Source of the DNA: Nemertoderma westbladi
Lineage: Eukaryota > Animalia > Xenacoelomorpha
Length of the DNA stretch: 46,702 bases
Assembly: GCA_032718475.1 (NCBI GenBank)
Contig: JAUCBJ010008891.1
Location: 1-46,702, forward strand
Direction of reading: 5' to 3'
Part shown: one piece after another, positions 45,148 to 46,702 of the stretch
Layout: each line of letters starts with the position of its first letter
How positions within the stretch are numbered: position 1 is the first letter of the stretch
Made by a program: the position numbers and the translations under genes
The notes under the pieces: model-generated
Database searches by the model: none
Seen by the model: the letters and a program-made list of their open reading frames with translations, nothing else
Told to the model about the DNA's origin: nothing

Positions 45148-45560
45148 GTGGGACATTCTCTGCCCCCCCCCCCTTCTCGCTACTAATCTCTCGTGGTGGG
45201 GCGCCCGTAGCCCCCCCCCCCCCCCACCCGCCACTTCTTACTTCTAACTTCGACTTCTAACTTCACTTCTACGTCCCTCTTGTTGGACATTCTCTGCCCC
45301 CCCCACCCCCCTCTCTCACCACTAATCTTCCGTGGTGGGGCGCCCGTAGCCCCCCCCCCCCCCCCCCCCCCCACCCGCTACTTCTAACATCACTATCTCT
45401 TACTTCACTTCTATGCCCCCTTTGTGGGGCATTCTCTGCCCCACCCTCTCTCGCCACTAATCTTCCGTGGTGGGGCGCCCATAGCCCCCCCCCCCCCCCC
45501 CCCCCCCCCCACTCGCCACATCTAACTTCACTATCTCTTACTTCACTTCTACACCCCTCT
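45148..45560. repeat. Three ~135-143-bp tandem units with long poly-C tracts
   Basis: cattctctgcccc...actaatct..cgtggtggggcgccc.tagc(C)n...ttctaacttcac occurs three times. Confidence 0.9.
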
Positions 45561-45639
45561 CTAGTCGACTCAATAACTCTACTGCGGCTGGGTCTATTCA
45601 CCCCCGCCTCTTCCTCTACTACTGTGTGGCCTGGCAGGC

Positions 45640-46702
45640 CTACTACTAGGATCGGCATGCTGCATTGCAGCTGCATTTTTAAGAATGCTGTGCCGGCTTG
45701 TCAACAAAATTGCACCGCCACAACTCCCTATCACCCATGACATTTGCTAGATCATCCGCATCTTTAAGGCCAGTGTCCTTTAAGATGCGTCTCAAGAAAG
45801 TCATGGGCTGTCCACCATGCTTATTCACTCCATGAGGCTGCCAAAGTACAAGATTATGCACTGGCTGGTCCTCACGGCGAAAGCAATGTCCTGCAAAGCG
45901 GAGGCGATTTTGTTCTAGTGTCAAGCTTGGGGGAACCAATGAGACACCTCCAATGTTATATAGTGTCTGGTTGGAGATGTGTGCATTGTACTTGACACAA
46001 TGAACCCGGCGTAGCATTCTTGTGAATGTGCCATCCAGAGATTTGGTGTCCTCAGCAGTTAGAGCCCAGCATGGACTCCCGTAGAGGAGTACTGGAACTA
46101 CTGCTGCTCTAAATAATCGGACCTTAAGTTTCCGATTAATTCTCGGTGACTTCCAAATCCTGGAAAGCCTATTCAAGGCTGCCCATGCCTTTCCCTTACG
46201 TATTCGAAGGTCCTCACCTGACTTCCGGATCCATGATCCCAGGTAACAGAAGTCGTCGACATGCTCAAGCATACCATCCTTTGAGCTTATGCTCATCCGA
46301 TCACAGACTTGCTGAGGACTTTCAAAGTTAACTGTCAGAATTTTGGTCTTTCTGGAGTTAATAAAAAGACCAACACTAGAAGCAGCATGTTCTAATGAGC
46401 TGAGGAGCCGTTGGGCTCCCTCTAATGATTCTGAGAGTACTCCTAAGTCATCAGCAAAGTCTAGATCAGTTAGGTACTTGGCAGGATTTCCTCGACTTCT
46501 GGAGCCAGTAGGTGGAGTTATCATCACCCCATCATCATTATGATGATCTAAGGACATGCGTAGAACATAGTCAACCACAATAATGAATAAGAATGGTGCA
46601 AGTGTGTCTCCTTGGAGGACGCCCCATAACACTTCAAATGGTTCTGTGTCACCGTCAACAGTAGACACAAATGTTGTCGAACCATCGTATACTGATCTGA
46701 TT
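45640..46702 (-). mobile_element. RTE-clade LINE, 3' portion; RT ORF 45679-46701 open to the window edge; (TAG)3 tail
   Basis: GVLQGDTLAPFLFIIVVDYVLR, LTDLDFADDL, VDDFCYLGSWI, KAWAALNRLSRIWKS, VLLYG, LDGTFTRMLR. Frame extends upstream as IRSVYDGSTTF. Very short 3' UTR ending TAGTAGTAG (45648-45640). Confidence 0.9.

Overview
Eukaryotic (metazoan-like) repeat-rich DNA; no prokaryotic features. From left to right: (1) the 3' end of a diverged BEL/Pao LTR element on + (1-3027, LTR 1814-3027); (2) a ~16.4-kb array of a 63-bp satellite with higher-order structure (3028-19448); (3) a 5'-truncated RTE-X-like LINE reverse transcriptase ORF (19551-21941); (4) a complete, very young, non-autonomous BEL/Pao element on - (22085-34175, 1258-bp LTRs with only 3 differences seen); (5) four phase-compatible exons of an unidentified host gene on -, with a LINE 3' fragment in one intron and a 31-bp minisatellite and tRNA-derived SINE just upstream of the first exon; (6) a second degenerate gag-protease BEL element; (7) the 3' part of an RTE-clade LINE. 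The most interesting object is element (4). It encodes Gag-protease with in-frame stubs of RNase H and integrase but no RT. It has no tRNA-type PBS, but carries an 11-nt PBS-position sequence perfectly complementary to a site inside its own LTR (possible Tf1-like self-priming). It also carries a second ~500-codon Cys/His-rich accessory ORF preceded by a long RNA hairpin whose pairing is preserved by compensatory changes in the paralogous element at the window start. All family assignments come from motif recognition by eye, not database searches.
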